Shown here in pieces: positions 45,576 to 55,871 of a DNA stretch of 64,000 bases. Origin of the DNA: an uncultured delta proteobacterium (GTDB taxonomy: Bacteria; Desulfobacterota; Binatia; UBA9968); contig CAWDPO010000002.1 in NCBI GenBank assembly GCA_963804165.1, positions 32,001-96,000 on the forward strand, in the 5' to 3' direction. Within the stretch, counting starts at the first letter, position 1. Each line of letters begins with the position of its first letter. Below the pieces are notes generated by a model. The model ran no database searches. It was not told the DNA's origin and saw only the letters and a program-made list of their open reading frames with translations. The position numbers and the translations under genes are program-made.

Positions 45576-47315
45576 CTAAAGCACTCGCTTGAACATTCGT
45601 TCGAGTTCCTCACGGCTGATTTCGATCAACACCGGCCGGCCATGCGGACACTGCGTGGCGAAATCAACGCCGTCCAAGTCTTTCAGCAACGCGCGTATTT
45701 CATCCATTTCCAGGATCCGATTGGCTCGAATCACGCTGTGACAGGCAATCGTCGCGAGACGGTCTTCGAGATGCGCGCGCAATTTACCCGAGCTATTCAC
45801 ATCGGCTAGATCCGCGACCATCTGGCGGACGACTTGGCTGTAATCGCCCTCGGGGAGAAGCGCGGGGGCGGCCGTGATCGCGTAGGCGCCGGGACCGAAA
45901 GGTTCAAGGGAGAAACCGAAGCGTTCGACGACCTCCAATTTTTCTTCCAACAACATCATTTCCCCAGCGCTGAGATCAACTGTTTGCGGCACGAGTAGAC
46001 TTTGCCTTGCGACGTTCCCAGCATCCAGTTGCCGACGCAGCCTTTCGAAAGCGACTCTTTCATGGGCGGCATGCTGATCAATTAACGCCAGTCCCCGCGA
46101 TGAGACGCAAACCAGATAGCAACCGAGAATCTGCCCAAGAACGCGCATCGAAGAGTAATATCCCTCACCCCCAATCCCGGCGCGCGGTAGCGGTGAAAAA
46201 ACCTCCTGGCGTATCGCCTGAGTCTCGCTTTGCGCCGTCCCAAGGAACCCGCCGTAAGACAAGGCGACTTCGCGCACGCCGGAAAAGGGATGCGGAGAGA
46301 ATGCGATATTGCGAGCCGACGGTTCTCTCGCTTCCTGCTTTAACGCTTGGCGAATCGCCCGCGATACCGCTTCATGAACCTCGGACTGGCGGCGAAAGCG
46401 AACTTCATATTTGGCGGGATGGACGTTCACGTCGACCTCGTCGAAGGGAATGTCGAGGAAGAGCACCACAGCAGGGTATTGACCCTTCATCAGAAGTGTT
46501 TCGTATCCCTGGATCACTGCGTGGGTCAGCACCTTATCGCGTACGTAGCGTCGATTGACGAAGGTATAGAGGTAACGGGTGTTGGGAAAAGACGCGGGCG
46601 CCACGCTGAAAAAACCGTGGACCCCAAGGTCGCCCTGGCGCCACAAAAAAACGCCTAAGTCGTTTGCAATCTCGCGCCCGAAAACCTGGTACAAGCGGTC
46701 CTTCGCCTCGCCCACCGCCAAATAATCCGCAACCGTACGTCCATCATGTTGCAGGCGAAAGTGAACCTCGGGATATGCCAACGCCATGCGATTGACGGCA
46801 TCGCAAATATGGCTCAACTCCGTTGCCGGCGACTTGAGAAATTTTCTCCGCGCCGGCGTATTATAAAAAATATCTTTGATCTCTATCGTCGTTCCAACTG
46901 CCGCTGCCGTCGGAGCTATTTCGTCCTTTCGTCCGCCGTCGATGCTGAGCTTTTGCCCCGTGGGCGCATTCAGTGGACGAGAAACGATCTGCATCTTTGA
47001 GACCGAGCCAATACTCGGCAAAGCCTCGCCGCGAAAACCCAATGTTGCGATGCGAAACAAATCTTCATCGACTTTAAGTTTGCTCGTCGCGTGGCGCTCG
47101 ACCGCCATCATTAGATCCTCGGCCGTCATTCCTTCGCCGTTATCGGATACCTGGACGAGCGACGTGCCGCTCTTCTCAATCGCAACAAAAATTGCCGTCG
47201 CACCCGCATCGAGGGAGTTTTCGATCAGCTCTTTGACCACCGAAGCGGGCCGTTCGACGACCTCCCCAGCGGCGATACGGCTGGCCATTTCATCGGATAA
47301 AATTTGGATCTTCAC
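45576..47315 (-). CDS. mutL: DNA mismatch repair endonuclease MutL
   Basis: IAAGEVVERP, GFRGEAL, DQHAAHER, CPHGRP. Confidence 0.98.
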   Translation of the reverse strand: MKIQILSDEMASRIAAGEVVERPASVVKELIENSLDAGATAIFVAIEKSGTSLVQVSDNGEGMTAEDLMMAVERHATSKLKVDEDLFRIATLGFRGEALPSIGSVSKMQIVSRPLNAPTGQKLSIDGGRKDEIAPTAAAVGTTIEIKDIFYNTPARRKFLKSPATELSHICDAVNRMALAYPEVHFRLQHDGRTVADYLAVGEAKDRLYQVFGREIANDLGVFLWRQGDLGVHGFFSVAPASFPNTRYLYTFVNRRYVRDKVLTHAVIQGYETLLMKGQYPAVVLFLDIPFDEVDVNVHPAKYEVRFRRQSEVHEAVSRAIRQALKQEAREPSARNIAFSPHPFSGVREVALSYGGFLGTAQSETQAIRQEVFSPLPRAGIGGEGYYSSMRVLGQILGCYLVCVSSRGLALIDQHAAHERVAFERLRRQLDAGNVARQSLLVPQTVDLSAGEMMLLEEKLEVVERFGFSLEPFGPGAYAITAAPALLPEGDYSQVVRQMVADLADVNSSGKLRAHLEDRLATIACHSVIRANRILEMDEIRALLKDLDGVDFATQCPHGRPVLIEISREELERMFKRVL

Positions 47316-47454
47316 GCGGGCATCGGCCTCGACTTCGACAATACTTACCGGCTAAGCCGCGGTCAAGATAATCCCGCCTTGATAGCTATTAACCGGTCTC
47401 AATAATCGTTAAAATGAGGCTGCAAATGCTGCCGAGACGGCTGAGGAGACTGTC

Positions 47455-48246
47455 ATGAAATCGATTCGACGGCTTACCCTTGTTATGCTGGTTATCGTCC
47501 GCGCCTCGCGCCTCCTAGCGGCGGAAAATTCTCCCCTGGTCGAAACGAAAATCAAAACCCTTCTGATCGATCCGGCCACCCAATCTCCGGTGGTCGTTCT
47601 CGAAACGGTCAACGATCAGAAACTATTGCCGATCTGGATCAGCGTCGTGGAAGCACGAGCGATTGCAACCGAGCTTGAGCATGTCACGCTGCCGCGACCG
47701 CTCACCCACGATCTCATTCGCAATATTCTTCAGGGGCTGGGAGCGACCCTGCAACGCGTCGTTCTCACCGACCTGCGCAACGACACCTATTACGCGCTGC
47801 TCTTCTTGAGGTTCAAAGGACAGGAGTTTCAGATCGACAGCCGGCCTAGCGATGCAATAGCCGTCGCGCTGCGCATGAAAGCGCCGATCTTCGCCACGAC
47901 GCAACTGCTCGCTAAATCCTCGCCCCCGCCGACGCTACCGGGCCGCGCCGAGCAGACGCAAAAACGCTTGGGGATACAAGCCCAGGACCTAACGGCGGAG
48001 TTAGCCGGCCTCTTGGAGAGCCCACACCGAAACGGAGTTCTTGTAACCGACGTCGCGCTAGGCAGCATCGCGATGAAAGCGGGCATTCAGCGCGGCGACA
48101 TCATCACCAAGGCCAACGAGCGCAGCGTATCTTCTGCTAAGGCTCTGGAGGCGCTTGTTCACGGAGTGAAGCCACCAGCTCAGATCAAGCTCGAAGTCTT
48201 AAAAAAAGGCAAGCCGACCACGATCGTGATCGATCTGCCTTCGTAG
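47455..48246 (+). CDS. DUF151 (bifunctional nuclease) plus PDZ domain protein
   Basis: LPIWI..EA, PRPLTHDL, IDSRPSDAIAVALR; C-terminal LGI..AGIQRGDII PDZ. Confidence 0.85.
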   Translation: MKSIRRLTLVMLVIVRASRLLAAENSPLVETKIKTLLIDPATQSPVVVLETVNDQKLLPIWISVVEARAIATELEHVTLPRPLTHDLIRNILQGLGATLQRVVLTDLRNDTYYALLFLRFKGQEFQIDSRPSDAIAVALRMKAPIFATTQLLAKSSPPPTLPGRAEQTQKRLGIQAQDLTAELAGLLESPHRNGVLVTDVALGSIAMKAGIQRGDIITKANERSVSSAKALEALVHGVKPPAQIKLEVLKKGKPTTIVIDLPS

Positions 48247-48269
48247 TGAGAGGGACACCGTCGTGGTTT

Positions 48270-48600
48270 AGATCATCCTTCCGTAGTCTCGTCGGTTTCC
48301 TTATTCGAGTCCGTAGTCCCGAACTCTTGTATCTGGAGTCGAGGCGAGACCAGAACCATCCCAAGGCGCGCGCAATTAACCGTCGCTTCCACTCCTCGGG
48401 CGATTACCTTGAACGCCGTTTCCATCGGTTTGTTCGCTTTCCGTTTCCCCTTTCTTGGCCGTGCCGACTGATTTCTTCGCCAAATCCTTGCTCTCCCAAG
48501 AAGTGCTGATCTTTCACGGCGTAATGGGCCTCGTTGTAGTTTTCAGCTATTCCACGATCCGTAAATTGGGCCATTCCGTCAATCACGTCCAGAACACGTC
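48270..48600 (-). pseudogene. possible remnant of a Y1/RAYT-like transposase C-terminus
   Basis: Broken frames YAVKDQHFLGEQGFGEEI and KPMETAFKVIAR resemble recalled RAYT C-terminal regions. Confidence 0.35.
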
Positions 48601-48812
48601 ATCAATGCGGTTAGACGACAAGATGCCGCTCAACTCTGAATCTTTTTCCCAGCGCTTTAGTGACCGTTGTCGACGGGGCAAATTATGCGTTCCGCTTTGA
48701 CCTCAGTAGTCCACGAGACTAACCGTTTAGTATTGTCGGGAGGAGAAAACCCCCAAATCATCATTCACCTTGTCTAGTCAGCAAGAAGCGTCCATCCATC
48801 GGTCGAAATAAG

Positions 48813-48845
48813 AACGGGCAAACCGCTTGTCACGGTTTGCCCGTT
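48813..48845 (-). terminator. intrinsic terminator after the second UbiD gene
   Basis: Perfect 13-bp stem AACGGGCAAACCG/CGGTTTGCCCGTT, 7-nt loop, T-rich tail. Confidence 0.8.
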
Positions 48846-48874
48846 TGTTGAAGAACTCTGGGTATTTTCGATTC

Positions 48875-50314
48875 CTATTTCTTACCGTTCGTGCCGAAAA
48901 GTTCCCCGCCCCACTTCTTCGCCGTGGCGTCGAGAACTTCCTTGCTGGACTCGGCGACCGGCGGAAAGTCTTTCATCCATTCGTAGGGCCGCGTTGCGTC
49001 GATTATCGCCCGCGAATTGAAACCCTTCTTGGTCGGATGAATGACCGGATCGAGCGGCCCGCTCCAGCAGCGGCGTAGGATGTCGATATCCTGCTCGGGC
49101 TCGCAACGGCTGGACATCGCCCAGATCATGTCATCGGTGTTCGACGGATCGATATCGTCGTCGACGACGACCACGAATCGGCCGAGATAAGCACCCGCAT
49201 GACATTGCGAAGCGACGATCGCCGCCTGTTTGGCATGACCGGGATAGCGCTGCTTGATGGCAACGCACATCATCAAACGGCTGCCGCCGGAAACCGTGAG
49301 CCACACGCCTTTGACGTCCGGCACGCCGGCTTTTTCCATCTCGTCCCAAATCAGCGCGGAACGGAGATACGAGCGATACCAGCCCAACTCTGCAGGCGGA
49401 CGGCCCGGAGGAGAACCGAGGATGATGGGATCGTTGCGGTGATATAGCCGCTTCACTTCGACCCACGGCTCAGCGCGTTCCGCGCTGGCGTAGTAGCCGG
49501 TCCATTCGCCAAACGGACCCTCGACCTTAGGATTGTCGAAGTGGACATCACCTTCGATGACAATCTCGGCATTAGCCGGGATCGGCAGTCCGGAATACTC
49601 GCCTTCTATCATCTCGAACGGCTCGCCGCGCAAGCCGCCGATAAATTCATATTCGGGCACGCCATACGGCACTTCGATGCTGCCCGCCAAAAAAGTTAAG
49701 GGATCGTGACCGAATGACATCGCTATTTTGAAAGGCTTGCCGCTGGCAGCATACTTTTCCCGCTGGATGCGGCCGTGCTTGCCAGGTGAAATGTAAAATC
49801 CAAGCTTATTTTTGTCATGGATCATTACACGGTAGGTGCCGTAATTAACCCAACCTTCGTCGGGGTCGCGGGTGATATCGACGCTTCCCGTGCCGATATA
49901 GCGACCGCCGTCTTTGTCATGCCAGAGAGGCGTCGGGAACTTGAACATATCGATATCGCCGTCTTTGTACACGTTGTCGAAAAGCCCACTTTTCTTGACG
50001 AATTTAGCGGGTATCGGTTTGATACTCTTATAATTGTCTTTCCAAATCTTGACGAAATCCATTTTGGTTTCGCCTGAAGGGAGCCCCAACGTAAGCGCCA
50101 ATCGCTTGCGCGATGAAAGCGAGTTGGATAGTACGCGATAACCCGGAGGATAACCCTTGATGTCTTCGAATAGCACGGCTGGGCCGTCTTCTTTGTGGGC
50201 CACGATCTCGGTGATCGCGCCGATCTCCAGGTTCCAATCGCATCCCTTCAGCGTTTTGAGTTCGCCCATTTCATCGGCGATTTGGATCCAGTCTCGCAGA
50301 TCCTGATATTCCAT
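48875..50314 (-). CDS. UbiD-family prFMN-dependent (de)carboxylase, PpcB-like
   Basis: DGGRYIGT, NYGTYR, EGPFGEWTGYY, WSGPLDP; AGGAGG RBS supports start at 50314. Confidence 0.92.
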   Translation of the reverse strand: MEYQDLRDWIQIADEMGELKTLKGCDWNLEIGAITEIVAHKEDGPAVLFEDIKGYPPGYRVLSNSLSSRKRLALTLGLPSGETKMDFVKIWKDNYKSIKPIPAKFVKKSGLFDNVYKDGDIDMFKFPTPLWHDKDGGRYIGTGSVDITRDPDEGWVNYGTYRVMIHDKNKLGFYISPGKHGRIQREKYAASGKPFKIAMSFGHDPLTFLAGSIEVPYGVPEYEFIGGLRGEPFEMIEGEYSGLPIPANAEIVIEGDVHFDNPKVEGPFGEWTGYYASAERAEPWVEVKRLYHRNDPIILGSPPGRPPAELGWYRSYLRSALIWDEMEKAGVPDVKGVWLTVSGGSRLMMCVAIKQRYPGHAKQAAIVASQCHAGAYLGRFVVVVDDDIDPSNTDDMIWAMSSRCEPEQDIDILRRCWSGPLDPVIHPTKKGFNSRAIIDATRPYEWMKDFPPVAESSKEVLDATAKKWGGELFGTNGKK

Positions 50315-50373
50315 TATGGCCTCCTGATTGGTTGGCAAGAAGTTACAAAAACGTGGAGTTTTCTGTGTCTGTG

Positions 50374-50402
50374 ACCTTAGCGAAGTTTTCGCGCTGGGTC
50401 AA
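50374..50402 (-). promoter_or_regulatory. candidate sigma70 promoter for the UbiD gene
   Basis: TTGACC-17 bp-TAAGGT on the minus strand. Confidence 0.5.
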
Positions 50403-50471
50403 GCTAGTGAAAATTCGTTTCTGGCGCGATATTTAATTGAAAACAACGACTTATCGTGCTACCCAAAGATT

Positions 50472-50960
50472 GTGTCCGGCAAGCTGAAAAGTGTTAGCGA
50501 GGTCGCTACTATCGCCGCCCAAGCCCAACAACACGGTAAGACCGTGGTCTTTACCAACGGTTGTTTCGACCTGCTGCACCGGGGCCATATTCACACGCTT
50601 CGACAGGCGAAATCGCACGGTGACTTATTGATCGTCGCGCTCAACAGTGATCGTTCGGTCAAAGCCATTAAAGGGCCGAATCGGCCTATCCTGTCGGAAC
50701 TCGATCGCGTTGAGTTGATCGCTGCGATGGAGATGGTAGACTATGTCGTTGTTTACGACGAACCCGATCCATACACACTGATTGCCGCGATCAAACCGAA
50801 CGTTTTGGCGAAGGGCGGCGACTGGAGCAGCGACAAGATTATCGGCGCCGATATCGTCGAGCAGAACGGCGGACGAGTGGCGGTCATTCCCTACTTGCAG
50901 GGATTTTCGACAACAGAAATCATCGAAAGGATACGACTCGAAAATGGCGAGAATTTGTAA
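50472..50960 (+). CDS. rfaE2: D-glycero-beta-D-manno-heptose 1-phosphate adenylyltransferase
   Basis: [28 protein letters not shown]; GTG start inferred. Confidence 0.93.
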   Translation: MSGKLKSVSEVATIAAQAQQHGKTVVFTNGCFDLLHRGHIHTLRQAKSHGDLLIVALNSDRSVKAIKGPNRPILSELDRVELIAAMEMVDYVVVYDEPDPYTLIAAIKPNVLAKGGDWSSDKIIGADIVEQNGGRVAVIPYLQGFSTTEIIERIRLENGENL

Positions 50961-51135
50961 AATTTGCGGCAAAGGCCGATCCGTCGGCAATCGTGTGAGT
51001 CACGCGAACAACAAAAGCAAACGTTCCTGGCGCCCCAATCTGCAGCGCGTCCGCGCTAACTTTGATGGCCAAATCAAGCGCGCGTTGGTTTGCACCGATT
51101 GCATTCACTCCGGCCGCGTTCAAAAAGTAGCGTAG
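50944..51135 (+). CDS. rpmB: 50S ribosomal protein L28 (zinc-binding form)
   Basis: [29 protein letters not shown]. Confidence 0.96.
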   Translation: MARICKICGKGRSVGNRVSHANNKSKRSWRPNLQRVRANFDGQIKRALVCTDCIHSGRVQKVA

Positions 51136-51150
51136 CTAATTCGTTTGAAC

Positions 51151-53364
51151 TCAGTGCAATTCTTCTTTCGGAGTGTGTTCTAGTTCAACCTTTCCGCCGG
51201 TCCTGCCCCGAGCGCGAACCGCCTTATAGACACCCTTCACCTTGGAGATATTCTGCAGCACTCGTTGGAGGTGATCGGAGTTTTTAATCATCACCTCGAA
51301 AGTATTGATCGCCCGTTGGCCTGTAAAAGTTCGCACTTGCGCGCGGGCGATGTTGGCCTCGGCGCTGGTGATGGCCGAGCTAATTGCCGCTAGCAGCCCG
51401 GGCTGATCAACGCAGGTCACCTCGATCTTGACGGGCCTCGGCGACTGCTCGGCTTCTTCCCAACTGACGTCGATCTTGCGATGTGGATCGCTCTCCAACA
51501 CCGTGGGACAACCCACCGTATGAACCGTCACTCCACGCCCGCGTGTAATGAACCCGACAATATGCTCCCCAGGCAGGGGGTGGCAGCAAAGAGCGAAACG
51601 CACTAAGACATCGTCCACTCCTTTGACACGAATTCCCAGACCGCGCTTTTGTTTCGACACCAGACGAAACAGCGATTCGAGCGCACCGTCAGCCTTCTTC
51701 GGCCCCGCTTCCAGCTTCTCCGGCGACATCAGCTTGGCGAGCACGTGGCGCGTAGTGATGCGGCCGTAACCGAGGGCCGAGAGTAACGCCTCCTCATCCT
51801 TCATCCCCAGCTCTTTCGTCACTCCGGCAATCTTGCCGTCCTTCTGCAGCGTCCCATACTCCAACTGATAGCGATGGAGATCACCGTCTAAAATTTCCCG
51901 GCCCAGCAGAACGCTCCGCTCGCGCTGCTGAGTTTTCAGCCAATTGCGAATTTTCGCTTTGGCCCGCGGCGTTTTCACCCATTTGAGCCAGTCGCGGGCG
52001 GGCGACTGTTGTTGGGTGGTAATAATTTCAACGGTATCGCCGCTGCGCAGAATATACTTGAGCGATACCAACTGGCCGTTGACCCGGGCGCCGGAACAAC
52101 GGTGCCCGACTTCCGTATGGATCCGGTAAGCAAAATCGATGACCGTCGAGCCTTTGGGAAAATTCAAGAGATCCCCTTTGGGGGTAAACACGTACATCGA
52201 GGTCGAAAACAGATCTTCCTTTAAGCTATGTAAAAACTCCTGGGGATCCTGCAGGCTTTCTTGCCATTCCAGCAACTGTCTCAGCCACGCGTATCTTTGG
52301 ATGTCGCTGACCTGAAAATCTTCCCCCTCTTTGTAGCGCCAATGCGCGGCGATTCCTTCCTCGGCGACACGGTGCATTTCATGGGTGCGAATTTGAATCT
52401 CGATGCGCTCCCCATAGGGTCCGATCACGCTGGTGTGGAGCGACTGATACATGTTGACCTTCGGCAACGCGATATAGTCCTTGAATCGCCCAGGCACCGG
52501 ACGCCACTGGGCATGAACCACGCCTAGCGCTTCATAACACTCGCGCGGTGTATCGACGAGAATACGAAACGCAACGAGATCATAAATCTGATCGTAGAGC
52601 AGGTTTTGGCTCTCCATCTTCTGATAGATGCTATAAAAGTGCTTGGGCCGCCCGGTCACCTCCGCTTCGATCCCCTCCGCCTCGAGTTTTTTCGTGATGA
52701 TCGAGATGACCTCTTCAGTATATTTTTCCCGATCGGTCTTTTTCTTCGCGACATTGCGCTTCAGTTGATAATAGATCTCCGGGTGCAAGTACTTAAGGGA
52801 CAAGTCTTCCAGCTCGCTCTTGATCCAGGCGATGCCCAGCCGGTGCGACAACGGCGCGTAGATATCCAGAGTCTCCTGCGCCGTGAGGAGTTGCTTGTCC
52901 GGCGGCATATGATCCAGGGTCCGCATGTTATGCACCCGGTCGGCAAGTTTGATCAGGATGACGCGCACGTCTTTGCCCATTGCGAGCAGCATCTTGCGGA
53001 AATTCTCGGCCTGCTTCTCTTCCCGGCTGCTGAAATTAGCCCGACCGAGTTTCGTCACCCCGTCGACGAGCGCGGTAATTTCCCGGCCAAAAAGCCCTTT
53101 AAGTTCATCGAGCGTCGTCAGTGTATCTTCAACGGTATCGTGCAGCAGTCCGCCGGCAACGCTGGGCACGTCGAGTTTCAAGTCGGCAATGATATCGGCA
53201 ACCGCCAACGGATGTATCAAATAGGGCTCACCCGAAAGCCGTTTTTGTCCCTGGTGGACCTTGGCGGAAAAATCATAAGCCTTGCGCAGAAGTTCGACGT
53301 CCGCCGCGGGATAGTAGGACTGGACTTTTTCGACCAGATCGTTGATCTTAATGTCTTTGCCCAT
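51151..53364 (-). CDS. spoT: bifunctional (p)ppGpp synthetase/hydrolase
   Basis: LHDTVED, YQSLHT, EIQIRT, TGS, CC and ACT domains; start MGKD inferred. Confidence 0.95.
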   Translation of the reverse strand: MGKDIKINDLVEKVQSYYPAADVELLRKAYDFSAKVHQGQKRLSGEPYLIHPLAVADIIADLKLDVPSVAGGLLHDTVEDTLTTLDELKGLFGREITALVDGVTKLGRANFSSREEKQAENFRKMLLAMGKDVRVILIKLADRVHNMRTLDHMPPDKQLLTAQETLDIYAPLSHRLGIAWIKSELEDLSLKYLHPEIYYQLKRNVAKKKTDREKYTEEVISIITKKLEAEGIEAEVTGRPKHFYSIYQKMESQNLLYDQIYDLVAFRILVDTPRECYEALGVVHAQWRPVPGRFKDYIALPKVNMYQSLHTSVIGPYGERIEIQIRTHEMHRVAEEGIAAHWRYKEGEDFQVSDIQRYAWLRQLLEWQESLQDPQEFLHSLKEDLFSTSMYVFTPKGDLLNFPKGSTVIDFAYRIHTEVGHRCSGARVNGQLVSLKYILRSGDTVEIITTQQQSPARDWLKWVKTPRAKAKIRNWLKTQQRERSVLLGREILDGDLHRYQLEYGTLQKDGKIAGVTKELGMKDEEALLSALGYGRITTRHVLAKLMSPEKLEAGPKKADGALESLFRLVSKQKRGLGIRVKGVDDVLVRFALCCHPLPGEHIVGFITRGRGVTVHTVGCPTVLESDPHRKIDVSWEEAEQSPRPVKIEVTCVDQPGLLAAISSAITSAEANIARAQVRTFTGQRAINTFEVMIKNSDHLQRVLQNISKVKGVYKAVRARGRTGGKVELEHTPKEELH

Positions 53365-54016
53365 GGCTCGTTTCAGCGCGCCCTCTCTGGCGGAGCGAAT
53401 CAATTCGCCATTGCGTCACCCGGGAAACTTTGGCCCGCTCGGCGTCGACGATTGAGCTCAAGTTCCGAACGGCCTCATTCACCTCGCGGTTCACCACATA
53501 GTAATCATAATAGATTCTCTCCTTGATTTCATCCTGGGCATTGGCGAGCCGGCGGCGGATGATTTCTTCCCGGTCCGTGCCGCGCGCCGCCAGGCGACGT
53601 CGCAGTTCTCGCAGCGAGGGCGGCAAGAGAAAGATCGATACCGCGTGAGGGTAGAGCTGTTTGATCTGGCGCGCGCCCTGAACGTCTATATCCAGGAGGA
53701 TGTCGCGCCCCGTTTGAACACTGTGATCGAGTGGTTCTCGTGGCGTTCCGTAGGAATTGCCGTGAACTCTAGCCCACTCGGCGAATTCCCCGTTGGCCTT
53801 CATTGCCTCGAACTGTTCAATCGTAATGAAGCGATAATCCTGACCGTTGACCTCGCCCTTACGTCGGGCGCGAGTCGTGCACGACACCGACAGTTTGATT
53901 TCCGGATAGGCTTTGCGCAGACCGTGATACAGCGTCGTTTTCCCAGCCCCGGACGGCGCCGATAAAATGAAAATAATGCCCTGTCGTTTGGCGATTTGAG
54001 TTGACTGCCTGGTCAT
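53348..54016 (-). CDS. gmk: guanylate kinase
   Basis: SAPSGAGKT, TTR, YGT, DIDVQGA. Confidence 0.96.
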   Translation of the reverse strand: MTRQSTQIAKRQGIIFILSAPSGAGKTTLYHGLRKAYPEIKLSVSCTTRARRKGEVNGQDYRFITIEQFEAMKANGEFAEWARVHGNSYGTPREPLDHSVQTGRDILLDIDVQGARQIKQLYPHAVSIFLLPPSLRELRRRLAARGTDREEIIRRRLANAQDEIKERIYYDYYVVNREVNEAVRNLSSIVDAERAKVSRVTQWRIDSLRQRGRAETSHGQRH

Positions 54017-54873
54017 TCGACGTTTTGAGTTTGCTCGCGAATTTTTTCGACTCGCTCTTTGCCTTGGAGGACAAGCTGGATGACGGCGAGGTTGGGCACC
54101 TTGGAGCTGATGGTATTGAGTTCCCGGTTAACCTCCTGGAGCATGAAATCGATTTTTTTCCCGACCGGCTCGCGCTCACGGGTGACCTTGGCCAACGCGG
54201 CCACATGAGTTTTCAATCGGACAATTTCTTCGTTGATATCGCCTTTCAAAACCGTCGTGGCCATTTCGGCGCCGTCTCTTTCTCCGCGTGACATGACTTG
54301 GCCCTCGGGGCTGGGCGCCTTTTGTACCCGCACGCCATTTTCAGCAGCCAACTCTTCGAGCGCGACGGCGATGCGCTTGATATGTTCGATTTGCGAATCC
54401 ATATCGGCTCTGAGCTGCGCCCCCTCCCGCTCGCGCGCACGCTCGAGTTTCTTTAGCGCCGCGCCAAGCGCCCGAAGCAACGCTTCGCGCTCGCTGCGAT
54501 GATCCACCTCGACTTCGCGCACATGAAATAGTTCGGGTAGGTTTGCCAATATCGACACGCCGACCTCGCCCCCCAACTGATACCTTTTTTTGAGCTGCTT
54601 CATGCCGGCAACGTACTGCCCCACCAGCGGCTCGTCCATTTCCAATTTGCGCGTCTGAACCTTGGCTGCATAGCGATTGACAAAAAGATCGATGCGTCCG
54701 CGTGATATCTTTTCGCGAATGGACTTGCGGATCTCTTCTTCGAAGGAAAGATATTCCCTGGGAACTCTCAGCTGCAGATCCAAATGGCGATGGTTAAGAC
54801 TACGGATCTGTACCGTAAGCCTCGTCCCGCGAATGTTCTGCGACGCCTCGCCATATCCAGTCATGCTCTTCAT
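54013..54873 (-). CDS. yicC: YicC/YloC-family endoribonuclease
   Basis: KSMTGYG, SLNHR, DINEEIVRL, QEVNRELNTISSK, REQTQNVE. Confidence 0.93.
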   Translation of the reverse strand: MKSMTGYGEASQNIRGTRLTVQIRSLNHRHLDLQLRVPREYLSFEEEIRKSIREKISRGRIDLFVNRYAAKVQTRKLEMDEPLVGQYVAGMKQLKKRYQLGGEVGVSILANLPELFHVREVEVDHRSEREALLRALGAALKKLERAREREGAQLRADMDSQIEHIKRIAVALEELAAENGVRVQKAPSPEGQVMSRGERDGAEMATTVLKGDINEEIVRLKTHVAALAKVTREREPVGKKIDFMLQEVNRELNTISSKVPNLAVIQLVLQGKERVEKIREQTQNVE

Positions 54874-55853
54874 GTTTTGTCCTTAATGGCGCGTTTTATC
54901 ATCACGGCTCGCACCGCCACCGTGCCGACCTCATCGCCAACGAAGCCGGCCGCGATATTGGCAAGCACCGCCGCATCATCATAGCCGGCGCCGCTCGCCA
55001 GCGCCAAGGCGCAGACCGCGACGACGGTGTCCCCCGCTCCGGTCACGTCGAAAACGTCTCGCGGTTGGGTGGGAAAATGTGTTACTGGAGCACGCGGTCG
55101 AAATAAACTCATTCCCTCGCCGCCGCGCGTGATGAGAACCGCTTCGGCGCGCCACTTGCGCAGCAATATTTTCCCCGCGGCAAGCAATGACGCCTCATCG
55201 CGTATTGCGGTTCCGGAAGCTTCGCTGGCCTCGTTTTTGTTCGGGGTAATCAATGTCGGCGATCGATAATTGTCGTAATTTTCTTTTTTGGGATCAACAA
55301 CGCAAAGAATCTTCCTACGGCCGACAGCCGCGGCAACGGATTCAAGTAGTTCGCCGTGAATAACGCCTTTACCGTAATCAGATATCACGATGCCGTCGAA
55401 CCGACCTTCGTTGGCTGAGACAAAGTCGCGCAGTCTCTTCAAGGTGCCGTGGCCGATGGATTGTCGGCTCTCGCGGTCGAGGCGAACGATCTGCTGATGG
55501 TGCGGCGTGGCGATGATCCGGCTTTTTTGTATGGTCTGAAATTGTCTGTCGGGGATGACGCCCGCAGTCGATGCTCCAACGTTGCGCAGGGCGTTGATAA
55601 CGCGTCTTCCCGCGTCATCCTTACCAACGATTCCGCAGGCGGTAACACGCCCCCCGAGCGAACAAACGTTGTGAATCACGTTGGCCGCGCCGCCGAGCGT
55701 GGAGTTCTCGGAAACGACTCGAAGCACCGGCACGGGCGCCTCGGGAGACAGCCGTTCCACTTCGCCCCAGACGAACCGGTCGAGCATTAGATCTCCGACA
55801 ACGAGCAGATGCACATCGCGAAATTTTTCGACTACCGTTAACAGAGGGTCCAT
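54870..55853 (-). CDS. rfaE1: D-glycero-beta-D-manno-heptose-7-phosphate kinase
   Basis: GDLMLD, SPEAPVP, SDYGKG, DVTGAGDT. Confidence 0.94.
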   Translation of the reverse strand: MDPLLTVVEKFRDVHLLVVGDLMLDRFVWGEVERLSPEAPVPVLRVVSENSTLGGAANVIHNVCSLGGRVTACGIVGKDDAGRRVINALRNVGASTAGVIPDRQFQTIQKSRIIATPHHQQIVRLDRESRQSIGHGTLKRLRDFVSANEGRFDGIVISDYGKGVIHGELLESVAAAVGRRKILCVVDPKKENYDNYRSPTLITPNKNEASEASGTAIRDEASLLAAGKILLRKWRAEAVLITRGGEGMSLFRPRAPVTHFPTQPRDVFDVTGAGDTVVAVCALALASGAGYDDAAVLANIAAGFVGDEVGTVAVRAVMIKRAIKDKT

Positions 55854-55871
55854 GAAGAGCGCCGGGGGAGA

